63,422 nt of DNA, filler included, from Rhabdomonas costata (GCA_019059605.1; 53 parts of 53 records of this genome joined end to end with filler, not necessarily neighbours in it), one strand, 5' to 3'. Positions 47,999 through 62,325 are shown, counted from the first letter of the whole stretch. Translations and numbers: made by a program. The notes: generated from the letters alone by a model not told the origin.

Positions 47999-48660
47999 GG
48001 TTTTCGATGGTGGGCAGTGGACCTACTGGAACCCGGCCCTGGGCCCCAATGCGTACCTGGTGGTGGACAACCCCGCACAGACGGTGATAGGTGCCGTGCT
48101 CTTCTGCTCTTACTGTGTGTAGGCATTGTGTTTATGTCAACGAAAGGGCACAGAGCCAAGTGTGCAGGTCCTAAAACCTTACTGCCAAATGCACATCGAA
48201 CAGAAAAACAAACAGGCAAAGGAGATATTCACGCCAAATGATCTGTTTTGTTCCTTGCCGATTCCTTCGCAATCGCCCTCCCCTTCTTTGTCTCACTGCT
48301 GTGTCGGCCCAAGGCCCCGCGAGTTGTTGCTATTGCCCAATAATTGGGTGGGGGTGGAAGTAAGGGAGGGGCAATTATGCCGTTTGCGAAGGACTTATGC
48401 ATGTGTCGCTGTCATCCACCACCACCTCCTCCTCCATCTCCACCACACCATACTCCTTCACAGGGATCACCAACGACCTCCAGGTGCTGCCCGAAGTGAT
48501 TCCCCAGTCCATCCCCACGCTAAGCACGCAGCTGTTCGTGCTGACCGGGGTGACCGACAAGGCCGAGGTCAAGAGGGCGTGGGAGCTGCCTATCTACGCT
48601 GATAGTTACGGGTTCGGGGATGTCGCCACCTCCGTGTACGTCGGCGCGGCGGGGACCTCG
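47999..48660 (+). CDS. Unidentified protein, exons 47999-48090 and 48464-48660
   Basis: Phase-1 GT-AG join gives VFDGGQWTYWNPALGPNAYLVVDNPAQTVI-G-ITNDLQVLPEV...; GC-rich third positions. Confidence 0.55.
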
Positions 48661-51600
48661 GTGAGCGTCCCCCCGGCCAGCCATACGATTATCCAGATTG
48701 ATCTCTTGGTGTGTTGTGTTTGTTTGGGTTTGCCATGCCATTGCTCTCTCCTCCATCTTTTCCTTCTCGACTTATGACCAATTGATGTTATGCTGCTTTT
48801 TATTTTTTGCTTTCTGATTAGTTCTTCCTAGTTGACGTGCCCTGCGTTGGTATGCTACGATATGGGTTTGGTACCAAAGTCACTGAGTATTGTTTTTTGG
48901 GTCTCAGTCGTACTTTGAAAGCCACGAGCCAGTTGAACTCGCCGGAGAGCCTTTCATTGCTTTGATATCATGGAGGTTCTATACAAACCCCTTTAATTTT
49001 CGCGGAAAACTAGTGCATGGCGTACGTTGCATGTCGTAAACCCAAACAANNNNNNNNNNNNNNNNNNNNNNNNNNNNNNNNNNNNNNNNNNNNTTAATTA
49101 ATTAANNNNNNNNNNNNNNNNNNNNNNNNNNNNNNNNNNNNNNNNNNNNTGTTGTTGGTTGACTCATTCACATGGACCATGCTGCTTGTTTCCCATTCCC
49201 TCGGTTCCAAACACTATCGAGGGGGGATCCAACAGCGGATTTTACCGTGATGATATATCGGTTTAGGAACCTTGGCTGAGGCTTATTTCCTGATAAATTG
49301 CGTTAAGTGATGATAATGCGATGGATAGCCAAACCTCCTGGCTCATCCGTCATTTTTGCGCATCTCTTGCCTCCTACAATGTCGATGTTTGACGTTTGAC
49401 GTTTTTCTCGGCTTTGCAAAGTCATTCCGTTTTGTCTTCTGATCCAGACGATGTGCGATGTTTCGGACTATCGATATCATTGAATGTAAAAGGAAATAAT
49501 CAAAGATGGTTTGCTTTCTAGATTCTCAGTTGTGTCTGCTTTTTTGTCGCGTTTTGTCGGAATGTCTCATACATGCTTGCAGGTTTGGCTTCAACTCTTC
49601 TTGACAGGTGCGTTGTGTTTCATTGTGTCTGTCATGGCACCATATGAATCAAAAGTCGTTGTGAGGAACACGTAAATACCCATCACCACCACCTCTCTCT
49701 CTCTCTCTCTCGAACATTCCCGGATTTCTTTTACGAGTATCCAAGGCAAGTTATTGAACAAAAGGAAGGAATGCATCATCAATACGGCTTTTCTGAGCAT
49801 TTCTCGCTGTTTGAAACCCGTCTCACTGTTGACATAAATTGCGTTCTTTGTTTTACGATTCACCACATTTTTTTGGCGAGTCCTGCCATTGTGCCTTTGA
49901 TCGTTGGTACTGCAGGCATCGCGTTTTGTGCGTGCGAAGGCAAGAACTGCTGTGGTCGTTTTTTATCTATATCCACCCCAGATGACCTTTCAGCCACGTT
50001 CCTTTGCTTTTGCTCTTGCGGGCTCATGGTTCTTGGTGGTTTTAACTCGCGAGGGTTTGGAAGACAGGTTTGACCCCAAATCCCCTCTGTTCCCCACATC
50101 CAAAATTGTATGATCCGTCGCGTTTGCCTTTTATAGCGTGCGTTGCTTCGCCTGGTGTGGTTACCACTCCGACCCCAACTCCAACAACAACTGCCTCACC
50201 CACCCAAGGGGCGTGGATTCCGTACATTGTGAAGCCGTCATCTCCGCNNNNNNNNNNNNNNNNNNNNNNNNNNNNNNNNNNNNNNNNNNNNTTAATTAAT
50301 TAANNNNNNNNNNNNNNNNNNNNNNNNNNNNNNNNNNNNNNNNNNNNCCCTCCACTCCAAAAACGCAAGAAAAATTTTGGGTGGGCGAAGTTAAAACGCA
50401 AAAATCAACCCAATGTAGCCGCTCGTACACGACAGTTGCGGTTGGTCGGCAGTTCCAAGGATGCCTCAAAGGTTGTCCTTGCGGCAGCAAAAGGTTCTGC
50501 AAAACACGGCAGGTAGCACACAGTCCACGAAACGACGAAAAACAAAACAAAACGAAGAGAGAGAGAGAGAAAGAAAGAGCGGTTGTTTTTCGCTTTGGAC
50601 ATCTACCGCCCATCACCCACCGGCATCCCACTCTCCTTTCTCACCCCAACTCACTGAAGTGAGACACTGCTTTGCAGTGGGCAGGGAAGAGGCTTACAAG
50701 GAGTCAACAGCAGACGGCCTTCCCTAGGAAACAGAACCACCCACGCACGGGTATTTTGGAGTTGAGCGTACTAGCAGTTTCCGATTGTCTGGATTCACCT
50801 CAAATGCCAAGTTATGGGGACGATGAAGGATCCAATTTGTGCCTTTGAAGGCATATCAACGCCATTACCATTCAAAAAACAGAAACCATTTCCTTGGCGC
50901 AGCAGCGGCGGAGTGTACCGGAGTGTGCCAACAGCCAAGTTGTGTGTTTTGTGTGTGCTGAAGCCCTTGTAACCGTGAATTTTTGAGTTTGTGGGCGGAT
51001 GGGAGGGGGGGGGGGCAAAAGAACAAACCAGGTCAGCCGTGCAATTCGCAGTATCGCGATCCGCCCGCAGCCACGTGCGGGCACCCAGGATAGGCACAAG
51101 GCAGCCTTATCGACCTGCGGCATCACAACAGGAACAATTCGAATCTTCGCGCGGGGGGGGGGCAGTCGCCACCTTCCCAGCACCCGCACTTCGCCCATCG
51201 TTCCTCAGGGCTTCGCTGCCTAGCTACACTTTGCACTTACCGAGTTTCGGAAGGCAATTTTCATTTTCTACCTGAATATAACGAGGGTGTGGCTTTCTGT
51301 TTCCGAGTTTGTGCATGTGGACCTGGTGGCGCTTTTTGCCAGAAGGAAACATGTGCTTCAGAGCAGTTACCACCAGTTGCGGACAGCGCTGCTTAAAGGC
51401 TATTAAGTAAATTGTACGCATCGCATGACGTGCATGATTCAGCNNNNNNNNNNNNNNNNNNNNNNNNNNNNNNNNNNNNNNNNNNNNTTAATTAATTAAN
51501 NNNNNNNNNNNNNNNNNNNNNNNNNNNNNNNNNNNNNNNNNNNGGGTGGTTTGTCGTGGTGCGTGTGCTGGTGGACTCTGGTTTATTGAAGTTCCTTTGG

Positions 51601-52189
51601 CAATTCAATAAACCAGAGTCCACCAGCACACGCACCACGACAAACTAGCACCAAATTAAAAGTCAGATCGCTTTGAGCTCAACTTTCATGCAAACACGCA
51701 CACAGATTCGCTTCGTAGTTGCACGGAAGATTGGAAGTGGCAAGTGGCGCCCGTGGTACTTTCTTCACGCTGACCAACAAGGCACTCCTCTAGTGCTCAT
51801 CCCACGTCACATTACGGCAGCGTCAACTTCAGGGCAGGACCTACCAGCTTGTCGGGGACCTGTCAGGTTCAATGAAAAACCTGTGTACGAGTTCGATGTC
51901 GGGTTGTATCTCTTCTACAACGGCAAATTCGGCCACAGCGGGTGGGAAGGTTAATGCAGAGCGCTTTTACTGTTCGGTATATTTTATTTCAGCCGTGAGG
52001 GTAACCGCGGCTACGCGATTCATAACGAACAGCCCTCCCATCCCCTATCTCAATGCTTGGCCGAAACCAGACCTCCGCTTCCCCTTAGTCCACTCAACCG
52101 CCGTCCCCTTTTTCCTTAAAAAGGGAGGGGCGGGGGTGACAAGAGGTCATGCACAAGCAACACAGCAAACAACACACACTGGTGGAAAC

Positions 52190-52393
52190 GTTTGCGCTGA
52201 TGAAGACGTTTGAAGACACCGTCAACGGACCGACGTACACCGGGTAGGACGTGGGCAAGACATTCCAGAACATCATGAAACTGCCCGCGTTGACCTGCAC
52301 CGAGGCCAGCGCGTTATTGTACAGAACAGTGGAGGAGGCTTGCAGACCGTTGTAGGTGGTGACGCAGTTCCCGCCCAAGGACGCGGCGATCAA
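52190..52393 (-). CDS. Exon of an unidentified, probably extracellular beta-rich protein
   Basis: cacag|LIAASLGGNCVTTYNG...NVFISAN|gtttcc; 204 nt, phase 0-0. Confidence 0.5.
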
Positions 52394-54357
52394 CTGTGGA
52401 CAAAAATGTAAGGGTTTCCGATTTAGCGTTCGTGTACTTCTGTAACTGATATACTTGTTGTGCACGAACACAATCGTCGCACGCATCGTCACACGGAAAA
52501 GCGCGGTTGTGGGGGGTGGATGAACTCACTCACAGAAGCAGCTCAGTACTCAGCTGCCCTTCCCGTCCTTCCCGTGACCTCGTCCCGCCGCCTGCAGCTC
52601 CGCCTCAGCGCTGGTGCAGTGGAAAATATTTACCCAAAACCNNNNNNNNNNNNNNNNNNNNNNNNNNNNNNNNNNNNNNNNNNNNTTAATTAATTAANNN
52701 NNNNNNNNNNNNNNNNNNNNNNNNNNNNNNNNNNNNNNNNNGGGTTGTGTGCTGACGAAAATGAAGAGCTCAAAAGAGCTATCGAATTAATGATCTGATG
52801 ATTAACTATGAAACTCGCAGACCGTATACCTCTGTGATTACCTGGAACCTGGACAAAGACAAACTTCATACAATTGCAGAGGCCAGGAAAGGCGTCAGTG
52901 GCAGTGAGAAACATGCGCTGATAGTTTCGGATTCGGAGGTGGAGGGATGGGCGCGCAGGTACTCCTTGAAGAGCGCCAAATCCCAAAGGCATACGGTCTG
53001 CGAGTTTCATAGTTAATCATCAGATCATTAATTCGATAGCTCTTTTGAGCTCTTCATTTTCGTCAGCACGCAACATCCGGTAAGGATATACCTACTCGCG
53101 CTATGCTACGCTGCGCTGCGGGCGTGAATGGGCAGTCAGCCCGTGACGGGCTTTCTCCACCATGCCGTTTGCCGACTTCTGCATGTGCGTGGCGAGATCA
53201 ACCGAAGAAGCACCCTTCCACTTGTGCCAGTCGTTGATCCCATCCTCTGAGGTGGAATGTTCCCAGTGCCGTTGAGAAGCACAAAGTCACCGTAGCACCA
53301 CCGTGTCAGCACAGTAGTGAGGGCACTTCCTTGCTCAGCGCGATCTTCGCCGGAAGGTGAACATATTCGCCAACATTGGAATCTGAAGCTTAAAAACGTA
53401 AATTACTTACCCGCGGAGAATACCCATCCAGGGATAAGTTTGGCACAACAGCTTCATCACAGAATTCTCGTTTTGGCTCACTGGGTAGGATTCAGCTTTG
53501 TTTGTGTGACCCGCGGCAACCCTTTCATGGAATTCTGCACGTTTGGAGGAAGCAACGTGTCGGTACTTGCCAAATTCCGGTGGAAAGATGTGCTTTACGC
53601 TACGTCGTATTTTTTGAATTAATAACGAGCTTGCCCTCCCGATGCTAAGCAGCGCCGCTCTCTGGTTGCCTGAGAGACAAGATGGATCCGAGTTTCGCCT
53701 GCCCCGCTGTCCCTTAACTTTGTCTCCATCTATGTTTCATTGTGTGTGCTCTACGCAGGTACACTCTCTTCTTCTCTTCTTCCGATCTCCACAGAAGGAA
53801 ACGTGAAACATGGGACATGAGCGTCCCTTCACACACACANNNNNNNNNNNNNNNNNNNNNNNNNNNNNNNNNNNNNNNNNNNNTTAATTAATTAANNNNN
53901 NNNNNNNNNNNNNNNNNNNNNNNNNNNNNNNNNNNNNNNACCCCATGAGCTGGAAAGCGGGAAAGGTCATGAATAATAGTGGGTAGAGTGGGTGCTTAAT
54001 CTCCTTTGAGGCTCCAACCAGACGCTCATGCATGTGCAAGCTGGTGAAAGCGCGTTATGTCCTTCTGGTCCTGGCAGGAGTCCGCCTTATATGGGATGCA
54101 CAGTGGGTTTCATACTTGCCCAGAATTGCATGGAAATGCCTCGAGTTGCTGGCGAGGTTCCGATCTTGTCGGCAGGTTACGTTGGCGCGTGGCAACCATT
54201 TCATGATCCACTTCTTCTTCCATCACTTTGTCAAGCAAGTGCCGATGAACCCATCACCCGAAATGCCTTTCACTCACTCCCCAGGTGCGCAGCATGCTCT
54301 CAGGGATGTGCGAGAACATAGCAGGTGAGTGGAAAATGGGAGGAAAGGGAAACATGC

Positions 54358-54795
54358 TGATTTCATAGCGCTTGCACTCCACTCCCCACTCCTGGGCGTC
54401 CTTCTTGATCGCCTGGACAATGTTCGCGTTGAGCGCCGTGCGCTCCTCAAATAGGGTGTCCAGGGTGAGCTTGCCTGCGCCGCAGAGCGGAGGGCTGGGG
54501 GACCGCAAGCAAAGCGAAGGAAGGAGAACTCCACAGGGACCCTCCACGGGGCTCCCCTACGGGGGTGCACAGTGAATACCAAGACAACAAGGTACCAAGA
54601 TTTCACCGCAGCAGCTGCACGGCGGCCCACGCACTCGGGTCCACAGGGCGGTACACTTTATAACGTGAGTGAAGGAAATAAGCCCAAGGAAAACCAGTGG
54701 TAGCGCCAACTTGAAAAGATGCAGCGACGTACCGATTTCCGACCGCATTGTTGTCTGCGCCATCTGAATGAGGTTGTAAATCGCGTTGTCAATGT
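54358..54795 (-). CDS. STOML2: Stomatin-like protein 2 (SPFH), exons 54795-54733 and 54474-54358
   Basis: AIYNLIQMAQTTMRSEIG|KLTLDTLFEERTALNANIV...WGVECKRYEI. Confidence 0.9.
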
Positions 54796-57700
54796 CTGTG
54801 GGCGAAAATCGGTAACAGAGCAGGTCATCGGCGCATGCGTGTCCGCGCGCACTTTTGGGCCAAGTGCGTGATTGTGGCACATAACTCACCAAACGCGTAT
54901 AACGAAATAAATGGATACCCGACTAGTCTTGGGTTCTGCAGGACACAAGTAAGCAACGGGACTGCAAAAGGTGGGGCGAAGCTGAGCAGAGAAAAGTGTT
55001 CAGAAGTCACGTTGCTTACTTGTGTCCCCCAAAACNNNNNNNNNNNNNNNNNNNNNNNNNNNNNNNNNNNNNNNNNNNNTTAATTAATTAANNNNNNNNN
55101 NNNNNNNNNNNNNNNNNNNNNNNNNNNNNNNNNNNGTGGTTGTGTGCACTGTAATCGCTAGTGGGGTGCATTGTGGGGTGAACCATTGAAGTCCACAATG
55201 AATAGTGTGTAGATGTAGATGTACATCGAAGGCAATATGTTCCGCAGGAACTTGAAGGAGATCAAGTTAACATTAAATCAGACAGAGATATACAAGTGTG
55301 ATGATGGTACAGGTGCGTATGGCATTTATCCGAAGTGGCTAAACAACCAAAGATGGAACCAGAACTTCAAACGCCTCAACAAAGCATACCCTCCTACAAA
55401 GCCATATCACCGATATTAACCGTTAATTCATATGGGTGATATGTTAATCTCAATCGCAATCTGATAATTGGGCGCTAATTTGAACCACTTCCATCGTGTG
55501 AAAGACCAATTATAGGTAGCGGCGTTATTAAAGAGGTGCATGTACAAAGCACTTTGGAGGCTGATACATCTAACTTTTACTTACACAATTCATGGAAATA
55601 ACCGTACGCAGCATAGCAGAAGAAGCAGAAATGTCTACATAAAAAAGCTTGAAGCATCAATGAATATACATCCTCATAAAGCTTTGCATGGATGAAATGG
55701 CACCAATGATGAGGCCACTTGTTACATGTGGATTTATATACTTTAATCATAAGCGCACCATCGCACCCAACATTCATATCCAAACCAACCAAACTCAAAA
55801 ACGCACTTAAGCACGAAGTGTTGAACAAAGAGTTTTCCATGTTTTTTTGGGAAGCGGTTGTCACGTGTGTGTGGTGGCACCTCCGTCTCAAAACTGATAA
55901 AAACGCCAACCTACGCTTTAATTATGGTACCGCGATACGGCAATGTTGAAGTGTGAACATTGCGCCTATTTCAGGACCAAATAAACGTTTCCCATCCACA
56001 TACATTCTGGCGTTAGTTCTTTGGAGTTCAATTAACCTCTCCGAGAAAACACCATGTTAAACCTATATTTGGATGCGGACGAAAATTGGTCTGAGTTTAT
56101 CATCACCGAACGGATCGCTGGTGCTCCAGCCGGGTTGGTTTTCTTGTGTGCGCTTGTGTTTCCGCGTATTCCGTTTTGAAGGTACAGAGACCGATTTTAG
56201 AAGAGGAAAACCAGTAAAGAATACACACAAAAANNNNNNNNNNNNNNNNNNNNNNNNNNNNNNNNNNNNNNNNNNNNTTAATTAATTAANNNNNNNNNNN
56301 NNNNNNNNNNNNNNNNNNNNNNNNNNNNNNNNNGGTGTGTGTTGCGGTAAACAGCCATCGCTCTCGTGTGTTCTCATCGACCTCCTTCAAGTATGCTGAC
56401 ATTCTGTATTGCTACTGCTTGTCTTCAGATATACTCTTGGGACGCTCCACCCCGGGCTGTGAGAGGGGACCCCCCTGCATGGGCCTGCTGCCTCTTCCCT
56501 GGCAGCGTATGCCCCCCATGTCTCAGCCTCCTCACTTTTTCTATATTTGTTTTGGCATTTCCAGTGGAATACGGGAGAACGGAATTCACAAGCAAATCAA
56601 CATCGTGCGAAGGAATTCAATTTTTTTTGATTTGTGGGACAGAGGGCTGAAAGACATGGAATTTGGTAAGTTGGTGAGAGTTGTGCGTGGGTGAGAACGG
56701 AACGCATTGACTCATTGGCTGCTGGTGCACAGGGCTCGTTGGAGACCATTGCGGAGACCTTCCCGCCCTTCGCCCGTAGCTGCTCTACAGCCTCGGGACT
56801 TTCCGGTAGCTATCGTTTCCTCCCTTACCCTGTCCTCCCCTCCCCTGGTTGTCCTGCTTTGATCTCTGGGCCATTTTTTTGCGGGTGAACAGAGGAGGTC
56901 GGATCCCCACCACGTCCATTGAGGTTCCTGGTATCTTTCTGAGCCGTGCATCACCGATGCTATTGTATTGAGTTCAAAGTGCAGCCATTCGAAACATAGG
57001 TTGCAGCTGGACCGCACCAGCATATGTGTTAATTAAACCTGGGGACACGGGACAAGAAAGAAACATTTTGAATGTCTGGGTTAAATCGACGCCAGAATCG
57101 TCACTGAAGAATGATGTGTATAAGGTAGCTGACGCAAGAACGCGAATGCGCGGGTTTTGTAAGGTGTCCTTCCGTGTCTCTCCATGCGGTATTTTTGCAT
57201 CTCTGTCTTTGTGTCTCGGTCTGTGCTTTGCAAAAGCTTGAGATTCATGTGGGAATTGCCTGTGGGAACTGCGTGCTGAAATCCGTTGAAAACGCTTCAC
57301 ACAAAAGCAGCAACAGCTCACGCGATTACGCACACATACATATCAATCCGGCAGATCTCCTTGAGCCCACGGCCTGGGCGACTCCCTCAGGGCTTGCCCT
57401 GGCAACCAACAGCCCGATCTTCCCCCACACCNNNNNNNNNNNNNNNNNNNNNNNNNNNNNNNNNNNNNNNNNNNNTTAATTAATTAANNNNNNNNNNNNN
57501 NNNNNNNNNNNNNNNNNNNNNNNNNNNNNNNGGGTTGTTGTGGTGTTCTCCCAACTCTTAGAGCTGGGCGTCAGAGTATGCGGGTGAGGTCTTGTGTTGA
57601 AGGGTGTGCGTGGGCGCCGCGTCTTGATGGGTACCTGTGGTTGTGGTGCGCGAGGGTACCCACCCTTGGCGTGGCAAAGCATTGTGCTTTTCTCCAGATC

Positions 57701-60700
57701 TATGGGCGCAGGCACAGGTGGCCTGCGGTCTTCGTGCTTTCTGTTTGATTTTCTTTGCGTCTGGCTTCTGATCAGAGTAGGGTAGCGTGAAGGAATTCTT
57801 TTCTTTTTGACGATCCATGTAGTCACATCCGAGCTTGCTTTCAGTGTAGAGGTCTCGGTGCACTTCCGAACACACACGTCCACACACACACCCTCGCACA
57901 CTTTTAGGTATACGTATGAAAGATGTATATGGTTTTGGTTTGCAAGCGCCGAAGGCCTGCGGGCAGGCCTCTCCTGCTTATCTTGCATTCTCGAAAGCTC
58001 TGCGGTGAAGCTTCGGAAAACTCTCTCTTCCTCCCTCCATCTTTGTGGATACCTCTGAATGTGTTTGTGGCACTCCCCTTCCTCTGGCAGGCTCGGCTAC
58101 TGTGCGCGGTGCCGATGCTCAACCCTTACTCTGGGCTCCTGCCCCATTGCGGAAGCCCCGGGAGGGCGCCTTTGTGCCTCTTCTCCTTTGACCTGAACTG
58201 CTTTTGCTTTTCGTGCACGCGACACTTTGAACGATGGCAAGAGTCAAGAAGCACGACACACTGTCAAGTGTCTGCCTACTTCTTGAAATGGACGCATCAG
58301 TGACGCTTTTGCCGACAAACGAGAAACGCTGACACCTGTGGCTTCCGCTCCTCCTGTACTGTGTGTACGGACACGTGATCCGTTCTGCGGGAGGACCCTT
58401 TGCTTTTCCTGTGCCCTTTTGGATGGAAAATCACCAAACTGCCACCTTTGTGTCGTTTGGTCGCCTGATGACCGCTAGGTCCAGCCAGGTGTGCTCACCT
58501 CTTGTTTTGCGTGCCTCCTGCAAACATTGTCCGCTCCACTTGCCCTTTGCTTTGCTTTCTCTGTTCCCATTCCTAGAGCTTTGCCTGTCCCGTTTTAGGA
58601 GACAGACCATGCAGACAGCACAAAACCCCNNNNNNNNNNNNNNNNNNNNNNNNNNNNNNNNNNNNNNNNNNNNTTAATTAATTAANNNNNNNNNNNNNNN
58701 NNNNNNNNNNNNNNNNNNNNNNNNNNNNNGGTGGGGGGTGCAGGCAAGCTGTAGCACTTAGACAGGTGTGACCTGTTCCTCCTGTCTAAGTGCTACAGCT
58801 TGCCTGCGTCCCCCCTGCACTGCACTACTCACATCTAGCACATCCATCGAGATCAGAGAGAGAGAGAGACTGTATGCGCGTGCTGGCTGTTGCCTGGTTG
58901 TCTGGTTACTTGGTTGTTGGTGACCACTGTGGACTGACGGGAGCACGCGCTGTTGGCCACGGGTGCTCGCGAGAGGTGCCGTTGCAGCGTACGATGCCAT
59001 GGGGAACCGGAACCGGCTCACCGCCGAACGTTTCACATATGGTAACCTCCCTTCAGCCTTCAGCCCCAAGGGTCCCGGGCCATTGTCGCGCAGCTGCTCT
59101 TTTCCAGCGGCTACCTGCATTGCTCCATTGCTGCTCAGGTCTCTGCGACTTCGCACTCCTTCCTTGGTGGGCTGGGGCCTTTTCTCGTGGGAACGAACCC
59201 TGGGGAACATGTGTGTGTTCGGCTCATTGGAATGTTTGCTGTCCTCTCCCTTCCACCTCTCCCATTGGGGTCACCAGATTAAACCCGAGACCCTGAGTCA
59301 TTGAACAGAACTTTCTCTCTGTACCCTTAGGATCTATTCCTTTCCATATCTTCCTCCTTTTGTAATGATTTTCCCACCACCAACAGGTCCGATTGCAGCA
59401 ACGACTCAAGGGCCCTGCCCTGCTCAACGGTTCTTTTGAAGAGGTGTTGAGAATGAATGCTCACTGAATGCGTGCTTTTACTTTTCAACCTCTGCCCAAC
59501 CTGCGGAACCATCAGATCAGCTGCAGCCTTTGGCCCGATGAACCAATAAACGAATACACCACACTTTTCAGAAATTGATGAGAATAAAAAGGGGAAATGG
59601 TGGTGCAGTGCAGTTCTGGGGGACGTAGGGGTGTAGCACCTGGGCAGGAGGAGTACGGAGAGCAGATCACAGGTGTGAAGGTGAGCTCTCTCTTTCTCCT
59701 TCATATGCAGGATCTTGTGGAAGTGGTCGACGACATGGGCATTCTGATTTCGTCTCAAGAGCAAGAGGTGTTTATTGAGGTGTTTAGCCGAAGTGGGGTT
59801 GAGACTCGACCCCCACCCACCAACCCACANNNNNNNNNNNNNNNNNNNNNNNNNNNNNNNNNNNNNNNNNNNNTTAATTAATTAANNNNNNNNNNNNNNN
59901 NNNNNNNNNNNNNNNNNNNNNNNNNNNNNGGGTGGGGTTGATCATGGACATCGTAGAGGCGTGAAACAAATGATGGGGACCAATTTGCCTCCCTCGTTTT
60001 ATGTATGTACTCATGGCAGCAGTGATTGGCATGGTGCCCAGCCAGATCTCTCTCTCTCTTTCTTTCTCTCTATCTGTTGCGAAAACTGTTGTCGTGCTTC
60101 GTTTGAGTAGCTTTCGATTTGATTTCGTTGGCTTTGAGAGCAAAATGTTGGACTGAAACGGAAACGAAGCTTTCGCAAGCAGTCCTTGACAGCTGCTGGA
60201 GTACGCTTGCACGGGCGGACCACGGACTTCCAAGATACAGCCCATAAATAGATGCATCCCATTCTCGCCCCTTCAATTGACTTGCGCCGATGCACCGCAG
60301 AGCAAAGGAAAATCCGAGTTTGCTGTGTTGCCCTCCCTGGCTTCGTACGCCCTGCAACGGTTCAAGACCTACGACGGTGGACCTCGTGGTCAAAACCTTC
60401 AAAAACTACTCGTCACTGGTCTTCCGTCTACGGGAAACCTGGCGGATACATTCTCTGCGGCCGTTCTCGCTCAAAGACCTGCTTCCTCCATAGACCCTGG
60501 AACATTTAGAGCCCCCTTCCCTGTTCCAAAGGATGGCGGGCCATCACGTAACCCAGCGCCCGCCGTATCTACAACCCGGTCCGGCAATGAAGAGCCGTAT
60601 CCCGACTATGCTTTTTGAAAAATAGTGGCAGAATGGCCCCTGCGTAACCGGAGCGCCGTGCAGTATCGACCTTCTGCACCGGGTAGCGCGCGCAAGGCTT

Positions 60701-61305
60701 TCCGGAGGGTCAAAATCGCTCCTCTTAGCCTTTCCGTCCAAAGAAGAGCACGGGTTATGATATCGCCGTCAGCGGGCGCGCGACCTTTGAATTGGCGCCA
60801 TCGGGTTCAACGCGAAACGGTGCAATCTCACGCGGTGCCTTTTCCAGAATCCCAGGCTTCCAACCGTTTTGGGTCTTCCGCCATCCATTTTCAATTCCCC
60901 ACAGAATAACGCAAATCAAACCAAACCTTCTTCTAGTTATCTTCCAAAACTTAGCTAATATCATAAAAGGACATCTTCACCGAAAAAACCGCTGAAAAAT
61001 TTTGGAAAGAGCGGCCATTTGCCGCTANNNNNNNNNNNNNNNNNNNNNNNNNNNNNNNNNNNNNNNNNNNNTTAATTAATTAANNNNNNNNNNNNNNNNN
61101 NNNNNNNNNNNNNNNNNNNNNNNNNNNTGTGGTTTTGTTGGCCATCGTTTAACCGGAGAAAATGCAGCTCAATGACGCGCTTTTCTTCTAACGGGCACCG
61201 TCACTGTGGCAAGCACAGCCACCACCCAACGAGCAACTCCATTGGTCGGCGGCTTTGTCTTGTGACTGTCCATGCAACTCCAGCCCATGAAATTTGTGTC
61301 CCCAG

Positions 61306-62020
61306 GTGGAGTCTCTGGGGGTCTGAACTTCCATTCGTTCGTGGTGCAAGCGGACCGCGACGTTTCGCCAGGGGAAGAGGTGGTCCTTTGTTATGGACCC
61401 CTCAGCAACTCGACTCTATTTGTGGAGTACGGCTTTGTCGAGCCCCAGAACCCCCATGACATGGTGGGAATTTCGGGACGACTGGTTCGGCGAGTCTGCG
61501 AACGGTTTCTGGCTGCTTTTTCTGTTTTAAATTATGTGCGTTGGCAACTTCAACCAACATCCCAGAGATGAGGGCGTTCCATCGCACCAAGTAAATGCCA
61601 CTGAATAGAAGGGCCCAAGAACTCCCGGCTTGTCTCCAGCCCGGATTTTGGTGTTGAGATGCTCATGTCAAATGGACCTTTCTCGTTTTATTAACCATTC
61701 CACAGCTTCTGCTCTTTGACACAACGCTTTACTTCCGGCCAAACGGTGAACGTTACTGTAGCTTCATGATGGAAGATTGGTTCATGCCAAATCCGCCACC
61801 ACTTGTTCAGGTTAATTGACTGGGCAGCATGGGAATCACTGCACATCAACGTGGTCGTGGGAGGGGATTGCTTCTTCTGTCATTTCGTTTCATTTATTTC
61901 TCGCAAACGGCCTCACAAACCCAACTCTTTATTTCCCATGGTCCGCTGGCAGGTGGTGCCGCCTGCACGACCAGAGCCGGCGCTGCGTGCGGCAGAAGCG
62001 GGTCGCTCTGAGGAACGCCG
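61306..62020 (+). CDS. SET-domain lysine methyltransferase (Rubisco-LSMT/SETD3-SETD4 class), exons 61306-61504 and 61953-62020
   Basis: ADRDVSPGEEVVLCYGPLSNSTLFVEYGFVEPQNPHDMV, followed by a phase-consistent second exon. Confidence 0.85.
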
Positions 62021-62325
62021 GTGTGCTTCCCTCGGAGTCTCGGTGTCAAAAGGCTCCACCCAGATTCCTGCTTTCCAAACAGGAGCTGGTTCCGCCAGCC
62101 TTACTGCTTGCAGTTCAGGTGTCATCTTTTTTAGGTAAGGTTTCTCGGGATTTGGGGCTTGTTCTGGTGGTCACGCCATGTGTACTCCGCACTCTGGAGC
62201 AGAACGTGTCGGTACCCACCACACANNNNNNNNNNNNNNNNNNNNNNNNNNNNNNNNNNNNNNNNNNNNTTAATTAATTAANNNNNNNNNNNNNNNNNNN
62301 NNNNNNNNNNNNNNNNNNNNNNNNN

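Noticed and set aside
51549-51645. 42-bp perfect inverted repeat
   Set aside because: Same primer-initiated fold-back pattern.
52749-53069. 79-bp inverted repeats enclosing a small ORF (MITE-like), with a CTGATGA...GAAA hammerhead-like word
   Set aside because: It is a fold-back at the contig start with a C>T primer mismatch and no TSD. The hammerhead stem II cannot pair.
58740-58807. 27-bp perfect inverted repeat
   Set aside because: It follows the G/T primer tail directly and is a fold-back artefact.
1100-62325. Regularly spaced TTAATTAATTAA repeats that look like an array or CRISPR
   Set aside because: They are synthetic linkers embedded in N runs. ORFs ending in X...LIN are artefacts, and gene order across linkers is meaningless.
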